This document shows, piece by piece, positions 1 to 9,408 of a stretch of 50,744 nt of DNA. Positions within the stretch are counted from its first letter, which is position 1. Each line of letters starts with the position of its first letter. The stretch comes from a virus (lineage: Duplodnaviria > Caudoviricetes), in IMG/VR virus record IMGVR_UViG_3300030433_001244, positions 1-50,744 of that record. One strand, written 5' to 3'. The translations under genes were made by a program, and so were the position numbers. The notes under the pieces are model-generated. The model did no database searches, was not told where the DNA came from, and saw nothing but the letters and a program-made list of their open reading frames with translations.

Positions 1-88
1 GATATGCACAAAATGATTGTAAGAACAGCATAGACTTGGATATTTTTTCAGCAGAGAAGGTGTATAAAAAAACATTAAAAGATTTTGA

Positions 89-116
89 TTGACATAAAAA
101 AATACATAAGTATAAT
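89..116 (+). promoter_or_regulatory. sigma70-type promoter for the replication operon
   Basis: TTGACA (89-94), 16 nt spacer, TATAAT (111-116): both hexamers are perfect consensus, though the context is very AT-rich. Confidence 0.6.
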
Positions 117-230
117 ATATAAATATTATAATATAATAATTAATATAATAATTAATATATTTATTATATTAACATCATTATGGATTTTATATGTTTTTAT
201 TATGATGTTTTATTATACTTTTAAATAACT
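95..230. other. Extremely AT-rich tract, candidate replication origin / unwinding element
   Basis: Nearly pure A/T from 111-172; direct repeat ATGTTTTTATTAT x2 (191-217); directly upstream of primase-helicase. Confidence 0.4.
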
Positions 231-246
231 TAGAAAGGAATATAAA

Positions 247-321
247 TTGGTAGAATTATTATTATGGTACACAGTCATATACACTGTCATAGGTTTGACT
301 AATGCAGCGAGTATGATGTAA
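247..321 (+). CDS. 24-aa hydrophobic peptide (not in ORF track)
   Basis: SD AAGGA (234-238), TTG start, MVELLLWYTVIYTVIGLTNAASMM*, stop overlaps primase ATG (TAATG). Confidence 0.5.
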   Translation: MVELLLWYTVIYTVIGLTNAASMM

Positions 322-1958
322 TGCAGAGTAAGTGGGTAAGTAGAGGGAAATGCCCTTGCGGAGAATCAAGCAATGGTTATAACATTCATGCAGATGGGCA
401 TGCCTTCTGCTTTTCTTGTAACAAAAGATTTAATAACGTAGGAGAGGCAAAGTTGGAAAGAAAAGTAGTAGAAATAACAAACAAAGTTTCTAGTACTGGT
501 GATTATGGGAGCATTACTGATAGAAGAATATCAGAGGATACTGCCAGAAAATATAGAACGAAGATAAGAAGAAATGGTTCTATAATATCTCATCACTACT
601 ACGAATACTTTAATGCAGAGGGTAGTCACGTTGCTACAAAGGTTCGCCAAGTAGAAGGTAAAAGAATATGGTCACAAGGTGACATAGGAGATGCCTTACT
701 GTTTGGCCAGAATTTATTTAAATCAGGTGGTAAGTATGTTACTATCTGTGAGGGTGAACTAGATGCACTCGCAGCATACGAGATGCTTGGTAGCAAATGG
801 CCTGTCCTTTCCATCAAGGACGGTGCAGCATCTGCATTACGCAACTGCAAAGCAAACCTAGAATATCTGTCTCAGTACGAGAACATTGTCCTGTGCTTTG
901 ACAACGATGATTCAGGACGCAAGGCAGCAAAGCAGGTTGCCTCTCTCTTTGAACCTAACCAATGCAAGATCGTTCACCTTGATTACAAAGATGCTTGTGA
1001 ATACATTCAGAATGGTAAGCGTGAAGAGTTTACCCGTGCATGGTGGAACGCTAAGATTTATACACCAGCAGGTATTCTTAATCTTGCTGACATGGGTGAT
1101 GCACTGTACGAGGAAGGTGACTACAAGACCTGTCTCTATCCTTGGCAAGGTATCAATGACAAGCTATATGGTATTCGTACTGGTGAACTTGTTACGTTCA
1201 CTGCAGGTACAGGTACTGGTAAGTCAAGTGTGATCAGAGAACTGATGCACCATGTTCTAAATAATACAGAAGAGAACATTGGTGTTATCTCTTTGGAAGA
1301 GAATGTACGTTCAACTATCTTTCATCTCATGTCAGTTGAAGCTAACGCTCGACTGTATATCAGAGAGATACGAGAGCAGTTCAGCCGTGAAGACCTGACC
1401 ACATGGCAAGAAGCAACGGTAGGTACACGTAGGTTCTTTGCCTTCGATCACTTTGGTAGTATGAAGACTGATGAGATACTCGGTCGCATTCGCTACATGA
1501 TCAAAGCCTTGGACTGCAAGTGGATATTCCTTGATCACTTGTCAATTCTAGTGTCAGGCTTAGAGGGTGACGATGAACGTAGAAACATTGACAACTTGAT
1601 GACCAAGCTACGATCTATTGTTGAAGAGACTAACGTAGCACTGTTGCTTGTCTCTCACTTACGCAGAGGTAGTGGTGACAAGGGGCATGAAGATGGTAAG
1701 GAAGTTAGCCTTGCTCATCTACGTGGATCACAATCTATTGCACAGTTGTCTGATGCAGTGGTAGCTATGGAACGTGATCAGCAATCAGATGATCCTAACA
1801 TTGCTAACACTACAACCATTCGCGTACTAAAGAACAGATACGCAGGAGATACTGGTGTTGCATGTCACTTGTTCTTTAATGGTGATACAGGACGCTTGAC
1901 AGAGGTTGACAATCTAGGTGATAATGGGGAGGAAGATAACTTAGAAGAGGCACTCTAA
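321..1958 (+). CDS. T7 gp4-like DNA primase-helicase
   Basis: N-terminal Zn ribbon (CPC...CFSC), TOPRIM (ICEGELDA, FDND), SF4 helicase Walker A AGTGTGKS, IFLDHL, LRGSQSIAQLSD, KNRYAG. Confidence 0.97.
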   Translation: MQSKWVSRGKCPCGESSNGYNIHADGHAFCFSCNKRFNNVGEAKLERKVVEITNKVSSTGDYGSITDRRISEDTARKYRTKIRRNGSIISHHYYEYFNAEGSHVATKVRQVEGKRIWSQGDIGDALLFGQNLFKSGGKYVTICEGELDALAAYEMLGSKWPVLSIKDGAASALRNCKANLEYLSQYENIVLCFDNDDSGRKAAKQVASLFEPNQCKIVHLDYKDACEYIQNGKREEFTRAWWNAKIYTPAGILNLADMGDALYEEGDYKTCLYPWQGINDKLYGIRTGELVTFTAGTGTGKSSVIRELMHHVLNNTEENIGVISLEENVRSTIFHLMSVEANARLYIREIREQFSREDLTTWQEATVGTRRFFAFDHFGSMKTDEILGRIRYMIKALDCKWIFLDHLSILVSGLEGDDERRNIDNLMTKLRSIVEETNVALLLVSHLRRGSGDKGHEDGKEVSLAHLRGSQSIAQLSDAVVAMERDQQSDDPNIANTTTIRVLKNRYAGDTGVACHLFFNGDTGRLTEVDNLGDNGEEDNLEEAL

Positions 1959-3679
1959 TGGATGTAGTTCTAGACATTGAAACTGATTCTCTCGACGCTA
2001 CACTGGTGTACTGTATCGTAGCAAAGGACAGAGAAACAGGTAAGCATTATGTCTGGAAGGGTGATCAGTGCATCAATACATTTCCCATGTTTGCTAAACG
2101 TGTGAACAAGTTTATAATGCATAATGGTATATCGTTTGATGCACCTACTCTTAACAGATTGTTAGGTACACAGATCAAACTCTCACAGGTAGAGGACACA
2201 TTGATCCTGTCTCAACTAACTAATCCTGTTAGAGAAGACGGTCATTCTCTTGAAGCATGGGGTGAGAAACTTCAGTTCAATAAGATTGACTTTAAAGATT
2301 TTAGCCACCTGTCTGAAGAGATGGTCACATATTGTAAGAGAGATGTGGACATAACTGAACGGGTTTGGATCAACCTTCAACCAGACATACAAAAGATTGA
2401 TCGACGTTCTATTGATCTTGAATACAAGATACGTGCATTGATCAGTCAGCAAGAAAGGAATGGGTTTACTCTTGATTTACAGAAAGCAACTAGCCTTACC
2501 GCACGGTTACAAGACAAGTCATTTGAATTGGAACGAGAAGTTCAAACAAGATTTGTTCCTATTCCTGTGGCGGTTAAAGAGGTTACACCTCGTTACAAAA
2601 AAGATGGTAGTCTTTCTTCTGTGGGTCTGCGGCATATACAAGACCCAACAACAGTTGCAGGACCACACACTTCGATTGACTACCAGACATTTAATCTTGC
2701 CTCCCGTCAGCAGATCGTTAGTAGACTAACAAGATGTGGCTGGCAACCAGATAAGTTTACTGAGAAAGGACATGCAATCGTAGATGAATCTGTGCTTCGC
2801 GGAGTTGATATCCCTGAAGCACAGATGATTGCAGAATATCTTACGTTAAAGAAACGCATTGCACAGGTTCAATCATGGATTGATGCAGTGCATGAGGATG
2901 GTAAAGTACATGGACAAGTTCTTACATTACGTGCTATCTCTGGTAGGATGGCACATCATTCTCCAAACATGGCACAAGTTCCTGCATCTTATTCACCGTA
3001 TGGTAAGGAGTGCAGAGAGTGTTGGACTGTTGGAGATGCAGCTAATGTTCTTGTTGGTTGCGATGCTTCTTCGCTTGAACTACGTGCACTAGCACACTAT
3101 CTTAACGATCCTTCCTTCACAAAAGAAGTTGTGGAAGGTGACATTCATACAGCAAACCAAAAGGCAGCAGGTCTTGATACACGTGATCAGGCCAAGACAT
3201 TTATCTATGCGTTTATCTATGGTGCGGGTGCAGCAAAGATAGGTCAGATCGTTGGCGGTACATCACAAGATGGTCAACGTCTAATAGATACGTTTCTTGG
3301 TAACGTACCTGCTCTTGCTTTGTTAAGAGAAAGGGTTGACAGGGCAAGTCAAAGAGGTTATCTTAAAGGTCTTGATGGTAGATGGTTGAAGGTTCGCAAC
3401 CAACATGCAGCAGTCAATCTTCTCATTCAAGGTGCAGGTGCAGTTATCTGTAAGCAATGGCTAATTGAAATAAATAGTTTGGTGCGGCAGCATCAGGTCA
3501 AAGCTAAGTTAGTTGCATCCATACACGATGAGTATCAGCACGAGGTATATAGACCACAAGCTGATAGATTTGGTGAACTAACAAAACTTGCAATGAAGAA
3601 TACAGAAAGGAGTTTGAAAATTAAATGCCCACTAGACAGCGAGTACAAGATAGGCCAGAACTGGTCAGAAACACACTGA
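1958..3679 (+). CDS. Family A DNA polymerase (T7 gp5-like) with 3'-5' exonuclease
   Basis: Exo motifs DIET, HNGISFD, YCKRD; motif A DASSLELR, motif B RDQAKTFIYAFIYG, motif C HDE. Confidence 0.97.
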   Translation: MDVVLDIETDSLDATLVYCIVAKDRETGKHYVWKGDQCINTFPMFAKRVNKFIMHNGISFDAPTLNRLLGTQIKLSQVEDTLILSQLTNPVREDGHSLEAWGEKLQFNKIDFKDFSHLSEEMVTYCKRDVDITERVWINLQPDIQKIDRRSIDLEYKIRALISQQERNGFTLDLQKATSLTARLQDKSFELEREVQTRFVPIPVAVKEVTPRYKKDGSLSSVGLRHIQDPTTVAGPHTSIDYQTFNLASRQQIVSRLTRCGWQPDKFTEKGHAIVDESVLRGVDIPEAQMIAEYLTLKKRIAQVQSWIDAVHEDGKVHGQVLTLRAISGRMAHHSPNMAQVPASYSPYGKECRECWTVGDAANVLVGCDASSLELRALAHYLNDPSFTKEVVEGDIHTANQKAAGLDTRDQAKTFIYAFIYGAGAAKIGQIVGGTSQDGQRLIDTFLGNVPALALLRERVDRASQRGYLKGLDGRWLKVRNQHAAVNLLIQGAGAVICKQWLIEINSLVRQHQVKAKLVASIHDEYQHEVYRPQADRFGELTKLAMKNTERSLKIKCPLDSEYKIGQNWSETH

Positions 3680-4215
3680 TACAATTATCAGATACTGAAA
3701 TTAAATTATACACTGAGATAGGTCAGGCACGTTATAATAATAATAGAAAGAAAAGTGTAAAGGATACTGCAGCTAAACGAGATAAAAGTGATCCTTATAA
3801 GTTTGATATCCTTGGTGTTGGTGGAGAGTTAGCACTGTACAAAATGATTGGTGAGTATCCCGATGGTGTTATGGATATTGGTGTACGCTCAATGGAAAGA
3901 GGAACTGATAAAGGAGATTTACTTCTTGATGGTCTTACCATTGACGTTAAGACAACAGATCATGTGAACGGTAGACTACTTGCTGTAAGTAATAAATGTC
4001 TTGAAGTTATTGATCTATTCGCCTTGGTCATTAAGCTATCAGATAATAACTTTATGTTAAGAGGATTTTACCCCTGCCATATGCTGATTAAAGAAGAGAA
4101 CTTTAATAGAGCAGATGGTAAATTTGTTAGACCCTGTTATAACGTAGGACAAGAGGAGTTGATGGACTATGCAGTAGCATTAAAAAAATTACCACCACTG
4201 AAAAAAAGTGCTTGA
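3625..4215 (+). CDS. Hypothetical protein, possible PD-(D/E)XK nuclease fold
   Basis: GDLLLDGLTIDVKTT resembles a D...(D/E)xK motif; start uncertain because it overlaps pol. Confidence 0.55.
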   Translation: MPTRQRVQDRPELVRNTLIQLSDTEIKLYTEIGQARYNNNRKKSVKDTAAKRDKSDPYKFDILGVGGELALYKMIGEYPDGVMDIGVRSMERGTDKGDLLLDGLTIDVKTTDHVNGRLLAVSNKCLEVIDLFALVIKLSDNNFMLRGFYPCHMLIKEENFNRADGKFVRPCYNVGQEELMDYAVALKKLPPLKKSA

Positions 4216-4240
4216 CTATCTGATTAAGGTCAGGCATACT
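4212..4240 (+). promoter_or_regulatory. sigma70-type promoter upstream of SSB
   Basis: TTGACT-17 nt-CATACT. Confidence 0.6.
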
Positions 4241-4301
4241 TCGCAAATCGTTGAATGAAAAGCCACATGGTGTGGCGATTAAAACTGAAAGGAAAGTTAA
4301 C

Positions 4302-4772
4302 ATGAGTGATGTACATATTATTTCTGGCAAGGCTTATTGGGCAAGTGTGATTTCTCCCAACACAACCTACGAACCAGTATACTCTGTCGATGTTTGTTTA
4401 GATGAGGATACTAAGAGTTTGGTTGAAAGCCTTGGTCTTAACGTGCAGAACAAGGGCGATGATCGTGGAGACTTTGTAAAGATCAAGCGCAAAGTCTACA
4501 AGCGTGATGGCTCTGAGCGTCCTGCACCTATCGTTAAAGACTCACAGAATAATAACTGGGACGGTAGTCTTATTGGTAACGGGAGTATGGTCAATGTTAA
4601 GTTTGCTACATATGAATGGGAGTATAACAAGAAGAAGGGTGTAGCATCTGACCTGATGGGTGTTCAGGTTGTTGACCTTATTTCATACGGTGACAATAAG
4701 GATTTCTCTGCAGTAGAAGGTGGATACACTGTGGGAAATAACGAACAAGTAGGTGAGGACGTTCCGTTCTAA
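4302..4772 (+). CDS. Single-stranded DNA-binding protein (T7 gp2.5-like)
   Basis: GKAYWA, IGNGS.VNV, GVQVVDLI motifs; acidic tail ending EDVPF; ATG 4302 follows SD AAGGA. Confidence 0.88.
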   Translation: MSDVHIISGKAYWASVISPNTTYEPVYSVDVCLDEDTKSLVESLGLNVQNKGDDRGDFVKIKRKVYKRDGSERPAPIVKDSQNNNWDGSLIGNGSMVNVKFATYEWEYNKKKGVASDLMGVQVVDLISYGDNKDFSAVEGGYTVGNNEQVGEDVPF

Positions 4773-4774
4773 CC

Positions 4775-4911
4775 GTCCCTAACACGGGGTTGCTATTATC
4801 TTAGAGCAACGATTGCTGACAGGTGTGGAGAGGGACTGTCAGACAACGGACATTTCCAGCATTAACGATCCTTCCGCCGCCAGATTAGAGATTTTTGGCT
4901 GGATAAGGAAG
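4775..4911 (+). ncRNA. Candidate structured RNA in intergenic gap
   Basis: Complementary pairs GTCCCT/AGGGAC, GTTGCT/AGCAAC, CTGACAG/CTGTCAG, TCCAGC/GCTGGA, CTTCC/GGAAG; family not recognised. Confidence 0.35.
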
Positions 4912-4957
4912 ACGAAAAGAGACTTTTTTGTCATTAACTCAACAAAGGAACTAGACT

Positions 4958-5173
4958 ATGACTAATGAAGGTAAACTACTTAGTGCTTTGCGTAAGAAGA
5001 TGCGTGTAACTCGTAAGACTGCCATTCAACGTGGATGGTCAGAGAATCTTACTGCAGATATTTCTCGTCTTCGCAGTCGTGGCTATGGTATTGATACAGT
5101 CACTGCTAAAACGCCTGAAGGTGAAACGTATACTCGTTATCGTTTGATGGCTGAACCGCAAGCAGCAGAGTAA
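4958..5173 (+). CDS. Small winged-helix DNA-binding protein
   Basis: LTADISRLRSRGYGIDT...YTRYRL is typical of small phage wHTH proteins; SD AAGGA. Confidence 0.7.
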   Translation: MTNEGKLLSALRKKMRVTRKTAIQRGWSENLTADISRLRSRGYGIDTVTAKTPEGETYTRYRLMAEPQAAE

Positions 5174-5178
5174 TTAAA

Positions 5179-6036
5179 ATGACAACAGCACAGAAAACAA
5201 TTGATACTTTGGTAGAAGACATTTACAGTCTGTTCACCAGTAATGAACCTACAAAGATTCCTGCTACTGCTCTGCAGGAACTTGCCAAGGATGTTGCTGA
5301 TGCTGTTGTCAATGCTCTTACTGAGGAAAGAAAGCCAAGAAATAATTTAAGGCTATCAATGATTGGTCAACCAGCAAGAAAAGTATGGTACTCTGTCAGA
5401 TCAACTGAACAGGAAGAATTAGCTGGTTCTGATTATATCAAGTTCCTGTATGGAGATATCCTTGAAGCACTTCTTGTCTTTCTTTCCAAAGTTGCTGGTC
5501 ATAAAGTTGCTGACCAACAGAAGCAGGTAGTACTGAATGACGTTGTTGGTCATCAGGATGCGGTAGTTGATGATGTTCTTGTTGACTTTAAGAGTGCATC
5601 ATCATTTTCTTTCAAGAAGTTTACTGAGGGTATGGTATTCAAAGATGATCCGTTTGGTTATGTTGCACAGTTATCTGCGTATGCTCAAGCTAACAATGCC
5701 AAGGAAGCTGGATGGGTTGTTATTGACAAGACAACAGGTCAGATAGCTTATTGTCCAGTACATCAAATGGAGATGATAAATGCTTCACAAAAGATTGACT
5801 ATCTTAGAGATGTTATCAAAGATAGTGAACCACCTTCTCGTTGTTATGATGATGTTCCTGACGGTAAGTCTGGGAATATGCAGTTGGCTACTGGTTGTAA
5901 CTATTGCCCTTATAAGTTTGATTGTTGGTCGGACGCTAACAATGGTAAGGGACTACGTGCATTCCAGTACGCAAACAGTGTAAAGTATTTAACTAATGTA
6001 GATCGTGAACCGAATGTCCCAGAACTACAAGTTTAG
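5179..6036 (+). CDS. PD-(D/E)XK (Cas4/RecB-like) exonuclease
   Basis: GHQDAVVDDVLVDFKS, QLSAY, C-terminal CNYCPYKFDC. Confidence 0.85.
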   Translation: MTTAQKTIDTLVEDIYSLFTSNEPTKIPATALQELAKDVADAVVNALTEERKPRNNLRLSMIGQPARKVWYSVRSTEQEELAGSDYIKFLYGDILEALLVFLSKVAGHKVADQQKQVVLNDVVGHQDAVVDDVLVDFKSASSFSFKKFTEGMVFKDDPFGYVAQLSAYAQANNAKEAGWVVIDKTTGQIAYCPVHQMEMINASQKIDYLRDVIKDSEPPSRCYDDVPDGKSGNMQLATGCNYCPYKFDCWSDANNGKGLRAFQYANSVKYLTNVDREPNVPELQV

Positions 6037-6454
6037 ATCACGCTCTGAACGTAGAGCAGCAGACTATCTGATAGATTTAAATATTGACTTTGAGTTTGAA
6101 CCACATTACATTCCGTATATGTGGATCGAGTCAAAAAAATATCTTCCTGACTTTATTCTTCCCTCTGGTATTATATTAGAAGTGAAGGGTAGGTTTACTC
6201 TTGACGATAGAAAGAAACATCTTTTTCTTAGGCAGTCTAATCCTGACTTGGATGTAAGATTTGTATTCGATAACCCTAACAAGAAATTAAACAAAGGAGC
6301 AAAGACTACCTATGCAGACTGGTGTAACAAGAACGACTTTATGTTTTGTAAACTCTCTGATGGTATTCCTGACAATTGGTTAGATGAGAGAAGGAACAGA
6401 AAAGTTTCTGGTAGAAGTAGAAAGTCTCGTAGAAAACAAAACAACAAGTCCTGA
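6014..6454 (+). CDS. T7 endonuclease I-like Holliday junction resolvase
   Basis: FRSRSE, YLPDFILPSGIILEVKGRF, DVRFVF, TTYADWC. Confidence 0.92.
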   Translation: MSQNYKFRSRSERRAADYLIDLNIDFEFEPHYIPYMWIESKKYLPDFILPSGIILEVKGRFTLDDRKKHLFLRQSNPDLDVRFVFDNPNKKLNKGAKTTYADWCNKNDFMFCKLSDGIPDNWLDERRNRKVSGRSRKSRRKQNNKS

Positions 6455-6728
6455 ACAGATAATGTTTCTTGGCGTTGTCTTACAGGCAATGCTTGATGCT
6501 ACCAAACCAGAAAACAATAGAGAATCAGTAGAATCTAAGACAGCACGTGATGCTGCAAAGGCATGGTTCTTTGCCTCTGTAGGTGTTACTGCTGAAGACT
6601 TTAGTACTGTCTGCGATATAGCAGGGATAGATGCGGACTATGTTCGTAGCTTTGCGTTTAAAGTTCTTAAATCTAAGGAGATTAAATATGTTCGTAGGCG
6701 TATCAATGCCGTCCTTACATTCGACTAG
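6384..6728 (+). CDS. Hypothetical protein
   Basis: In-operon ORF with AKAWFF...DFSTVCDIAGID pattern; no function recognised. Confidence 0.65.
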   Translation: MREGTEKFLVEVESLVENKTTSPEQIMFLGVVLQAMLDATKPENNRESVESKTARDAAKAWFFASVGVTAEDFSTVCDIAGIDADYVRSFAFKVLKSKEIKYVRRRINAVLTFD

Positions 6729-6738
6729 GAGAAAACAA

Positions 6739-7053
6739 ATGGACAGAGACACAGAGATTGTTAAGATGTATTCTGAACTTCCAAACTTTAAGTTTGATGA
6801 ATCAGATTATATAGATGAGATGCATGAGTACATTATATCCACATACAAAGAACATTATGCAAAAGGTAAATACCAAGCCACAGATATCATCCTTGACAGT
6901 GGGCATGGTGAAGGTTTTGTTATGGGTAACATCTTGAAATATTGGAAGAGATATGGTAACAAGGAAGGGAAGAACAGGAAGGACTTGCTAAAGATTATTC
7001 ACTATGCGATAATCATGCTTTATGTCCACGATCATATAACCAAGGGAGAATAG
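6739..7053 (+). CDS. T7 gp1.7/DUF3310-like protein (putative nucleotide kinase family)
   Basis: HY, GFVMGNILKYWKRYGNKEG, DLLKIIHY; ATG 6739 follows SD AGGAG. Confidence 0.7.
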   Translation: MDRDTEIVKMYSELPNFKFDESDYIDEMHEYIISTYKEHYAKGKYQATDIILDSGHGEGFVMGNILKYWKRYGNKEGKNRKDLLKIIHYAIIMLYVHDHITKGE

Positions 7054-7058
7054 AATAA

Positions 7059-8744
7059 ATGCCTACATTCCGATCCAATGAAAATCCAATGTTCCGTTCT
7101 AAGTTTAGTGAGGATATCTTCAAACATAAGTATGCACATCATGGTTGTGAAACGTGGTCAAGCCTAGCCTCAGTTCTCGTTGATGATGTATGCAGTCCTT
7201 ACCTCAAGGAAGACGAGAAGGATCAGCTAAAGGAATACATTACTGATCTAAAGTTTATACCCGGCGGCAGGTACTTGTACTATGCTGGCCGACCTAACAA
7301 GTTCTTTAACAACTGCTACTTGCTACGAGCAGAAGAAGACACACGTGAGGACTGGGCAAATCTCTCATGGAAAGCAGAGTCATGCCTGATGACAGGTGGT
7401 GGTATTGGTGTTGACTACTCTGTGTATCGTGAAGAGGGTAGAGTATTGTCTGGTACTGGTGGTCTTGCATCTGGTCCTATACCAAAGATGATGATGATCA
7501 ATGAGATTGGTAGACGAGTTATGCAGGGTGGTAGCAGACGATCTGCTATCTATGCCAGCCTTAATTGGAAACATGCAGATGTAGAAAAGTTTCTCACCAG
7601 TAAGAATTGGTACGACATGCCCGTTGGCACTACAGGATTTAGCATTGGTCAGATAAAGGAACAAGACTTTAACTTTGTTGCTCCTTTAGACATGACTAAT
7701 ATCAGTGTAAACTACGATACTGAATGGTTGTTAAACTACTGGGAGACAGGTGATGTTGGGTCTACTTTTAAACAAAATGTACGGCAAGCCTTACGCACTG
7801 CTGAACCGGGATTTTCGTTTAACTTTTTCGACAAAGAAAATGAAACACTCCGTAATGCGTGCACTGAGGTATGTTCGGCGGATGATTCGGACGTATGTAA
7901 TCTAGGATCAATTAACCTTGGAAGAGTTGATAATCTTCAAGAGTTTAAAGACATAGTTACCTTGGCAACCAAGTTCCTTATCTGCGGTACACTAAAGGCA
8001 AAGTTACCTTATGAAAAGGTATACGATGTACGTATCAAGAACCGTAGATTAGGTCTTGGTTTGATGGGTATGCATGAATGGTTAATCAAGCGCGGTTCTA
8101 AGTATGAGGTAACACCTGAGTTGCATCAGTGGCTTGGTGTGTATAAAGGTGTGAGTGATGACGTATCTAAAAAATCTGCAGATGAATTTGATTGTACTAG
8201 ACCAGTAGCTAACCGTGCTATTGCACCTACTGGTAGCATTGGTATTCTTGCCGGTACAAGCACAGGCGTTGAACCTATCTTTGCTGTCGCATACAAGCGA
8301 CGGTACTTGAAGGGAGGTACACGCTGGCACTATCAATATGTTGTTGACAGTGCAGCACAGGAACTGATAGACTTGTATGGTGCTGATCCTGAGCAGATTG
8401 AGTCTGCTCTTGATCTTGCTGAAGACTATAAACGACGTATGCAGTTTCAAGCTGACGTTCAAGACTACGTTGATATGTCGATATCTTCTACAATTAATCT
8501 ACCAGCATGGGGAAGCAAGCTAAACAATGAAGACACTGTTATGGACTTTACTAATACTCTTGCTTCTTACGCACATAGGTTACGTGGCTTTACTGTATAC
8601 CCTGATTCATGTCGTGGTGGGCAACCACTAACATCTGTTCCTTATGCTGAAGCTGTTGATAAGTTAGGTGAAGAGTTTGAGGAAGGTCTTGAGACACATG
8701 ACATTTGTGATATTACTGGACATGGTGGGAGTTGCGGAGTTTAA
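7059..8744 (+). CDS. nrdJ: Class II (adenosylcobalamin-dependent) ribonucleotide reductase
   Basis: PGGR, NNC, RRSA, RNACTE (NxCxE catalytic loop), CNLGSINL, APTGS, ISSTINLP, C-terminal Cys pair; no beta subunit nearby. Confidence 0.88.
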   Translation: MPTFRSNENPMFRSKFSEDIFKHKYAHHGCETWSSLASVLVDDVCSPYLKEDEKDQLKEYITDLKFIPGGRYLYYAGRPNKFFNNCYLLRAEEDTREDWANLSWKAESCLMTGGGIGVDYSVYREEGRVLSGTGGLASGPIPKMMMINEIGRRVMQGGSRRSAIYASLNWKHADVEKFLTSKNWYDMPVGTTGFSIGQIKEQDFNFVAPLDMTNISVNYDTEWLLNYWETGDVGSTFKQNVRQALRTAEPGFSFNFFDKENETLRNACTEVCSADDSDVCNLGSINLGRVDNLQEFKDIVTLATKFLICGTLKAKLPYEKVYDVRIKNRRLGLGLMGMHEWLIKRGSKYEVTPELHQWLGVYKGVSDDVSKKSADEFDCTRPVANRAIAPTGSIGILAGTSTGVEPIFAVAYKRRYLKGGTRWHYQYVVDSAAQELIDLYGADPEQIESALDLAEDYKRRMQFQADVQDYVDMSISSTINLPAWGSKLNNEDTVMDFTNTLASYAHRLRGFTVYPDSCRGGQPLTSVPYAEAVDKLGEEFEEGLETHDICDITGHGGSCGV

Positions 8745-9310
8745 TGCTTACATACCATACGTATAAAGAAGTTTTACCTAAAGAACTATGTAATGGCATT
8801 TTAAATATCGCCAAAGAAATAGACAGTCAGGAAGCTGATGTATATGAGAGTGGTGATAGTGTACGTCTTGAAGAAGTAAGAAACAGTAGGATTGCTTGGT
8901 TAGAAAATCCTGAACTTACTTCCATTCTACAACTGTACGCAGAGACAGCTAACAAGGAAGCAGGATGGAACTTTCACATGAATTGTTTTGAAAGTCCACA
9001 GATATCCTTCTATGGTAAGGGACAGTTCTATGACTGGCATATGGATGCTGGTGTAGAACTTCCTTCCGATCCTTATACAAGAAAGCTAACAGTATGTGTT
9101 TCATTGAACAGTGAGTTTAAGGGTGGTGATCTTCAAGTACAGAAGTGGGTGCATCCTCAAGCAGGAGACAGGTTTGCTACTCTTAAAGATATGAGAAGGG
9201 CAGGAAGCATTGCTGTCTTTCCTTCCTTTGTATTTCATCGTATTACAAAAGTAAAGGAAGGAGAACGATGCTCTCTTGTCTGTTGGTTTAGAGGAGAAAG
9301 GTTTACTTAA
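8744..9310 (+). CDS. 2OG-Fe(II) oxygenase (PKHD/prolyl-hydroxylase-like)
   Basis: YDWHMD (HxD), RKLT, GGDL, FPSFVFHRI, R.SLV.W; ATG overlaps RNR stop. Confidence 0.92.
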   Translation: MLTYHTYKEVLPKELCNGILNIAKEIDSQEADVYESGDSVRLEEVRNSRIAWLENPELTSILQLYAETANKEAGWNFHMNCFESPQISFYGKGQFYDWHMDAGVELPSDPYTRKLTVCVSLNSEFKGGDLQVQKWVHPQAGDRFATLKDMRRAGSIAVFPSFVFHRITKVKEGERCSLVCWFRGERFT

Positions 9311-9318
9311 CTTTTTTC

Positions 9319-9347
9319 TTGACAATGATTGTATACTGTAGTAGTAT
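9319..9347 (+). promoter_or_regulatory. sigma70-type promoter for hsp20
   Basis: TTGACA-17 nt-TAGTAT. Confidence 0.7.
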
Positions 9348-9353
9348 ATGCAT

Positions 9354-9408
9354 GGTACGACCATAGTGGTGTACCTAATTAACTTGCTTATTAAAGGAGA
9401 CAGCAATG
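9354..9408 (+). promoter_or_regulatory. ROSE-like RNA thermometer in hsp20 5'UTR
   Basis: 5' hairpin GGTAC-GACCA/TGGT-GTACC, then CTTGCTT-ATTA-AAGGAG: UUGCU pairs with the SD with a bulged G. Confidence 0.6.

Noticed and set aside
1-92. 3' end of an upstream ORF
   Set aside because: An open frame ends at TGA 90-92 but is too short to support a call
1958-3679. Intein, intron or DnaJ-type insertion in the polymerase
   Set aside because: 573 aa with contiguous motifs and no CxxCxGxG repeats; RNR, helicase and TerL also look uninterrupted
4764-4860. tRNA or cobalamin riboswitch
   Set aside because: No T-loop, D-loop or proper acceptor stem; no B12-box or GCCACTG motif seen
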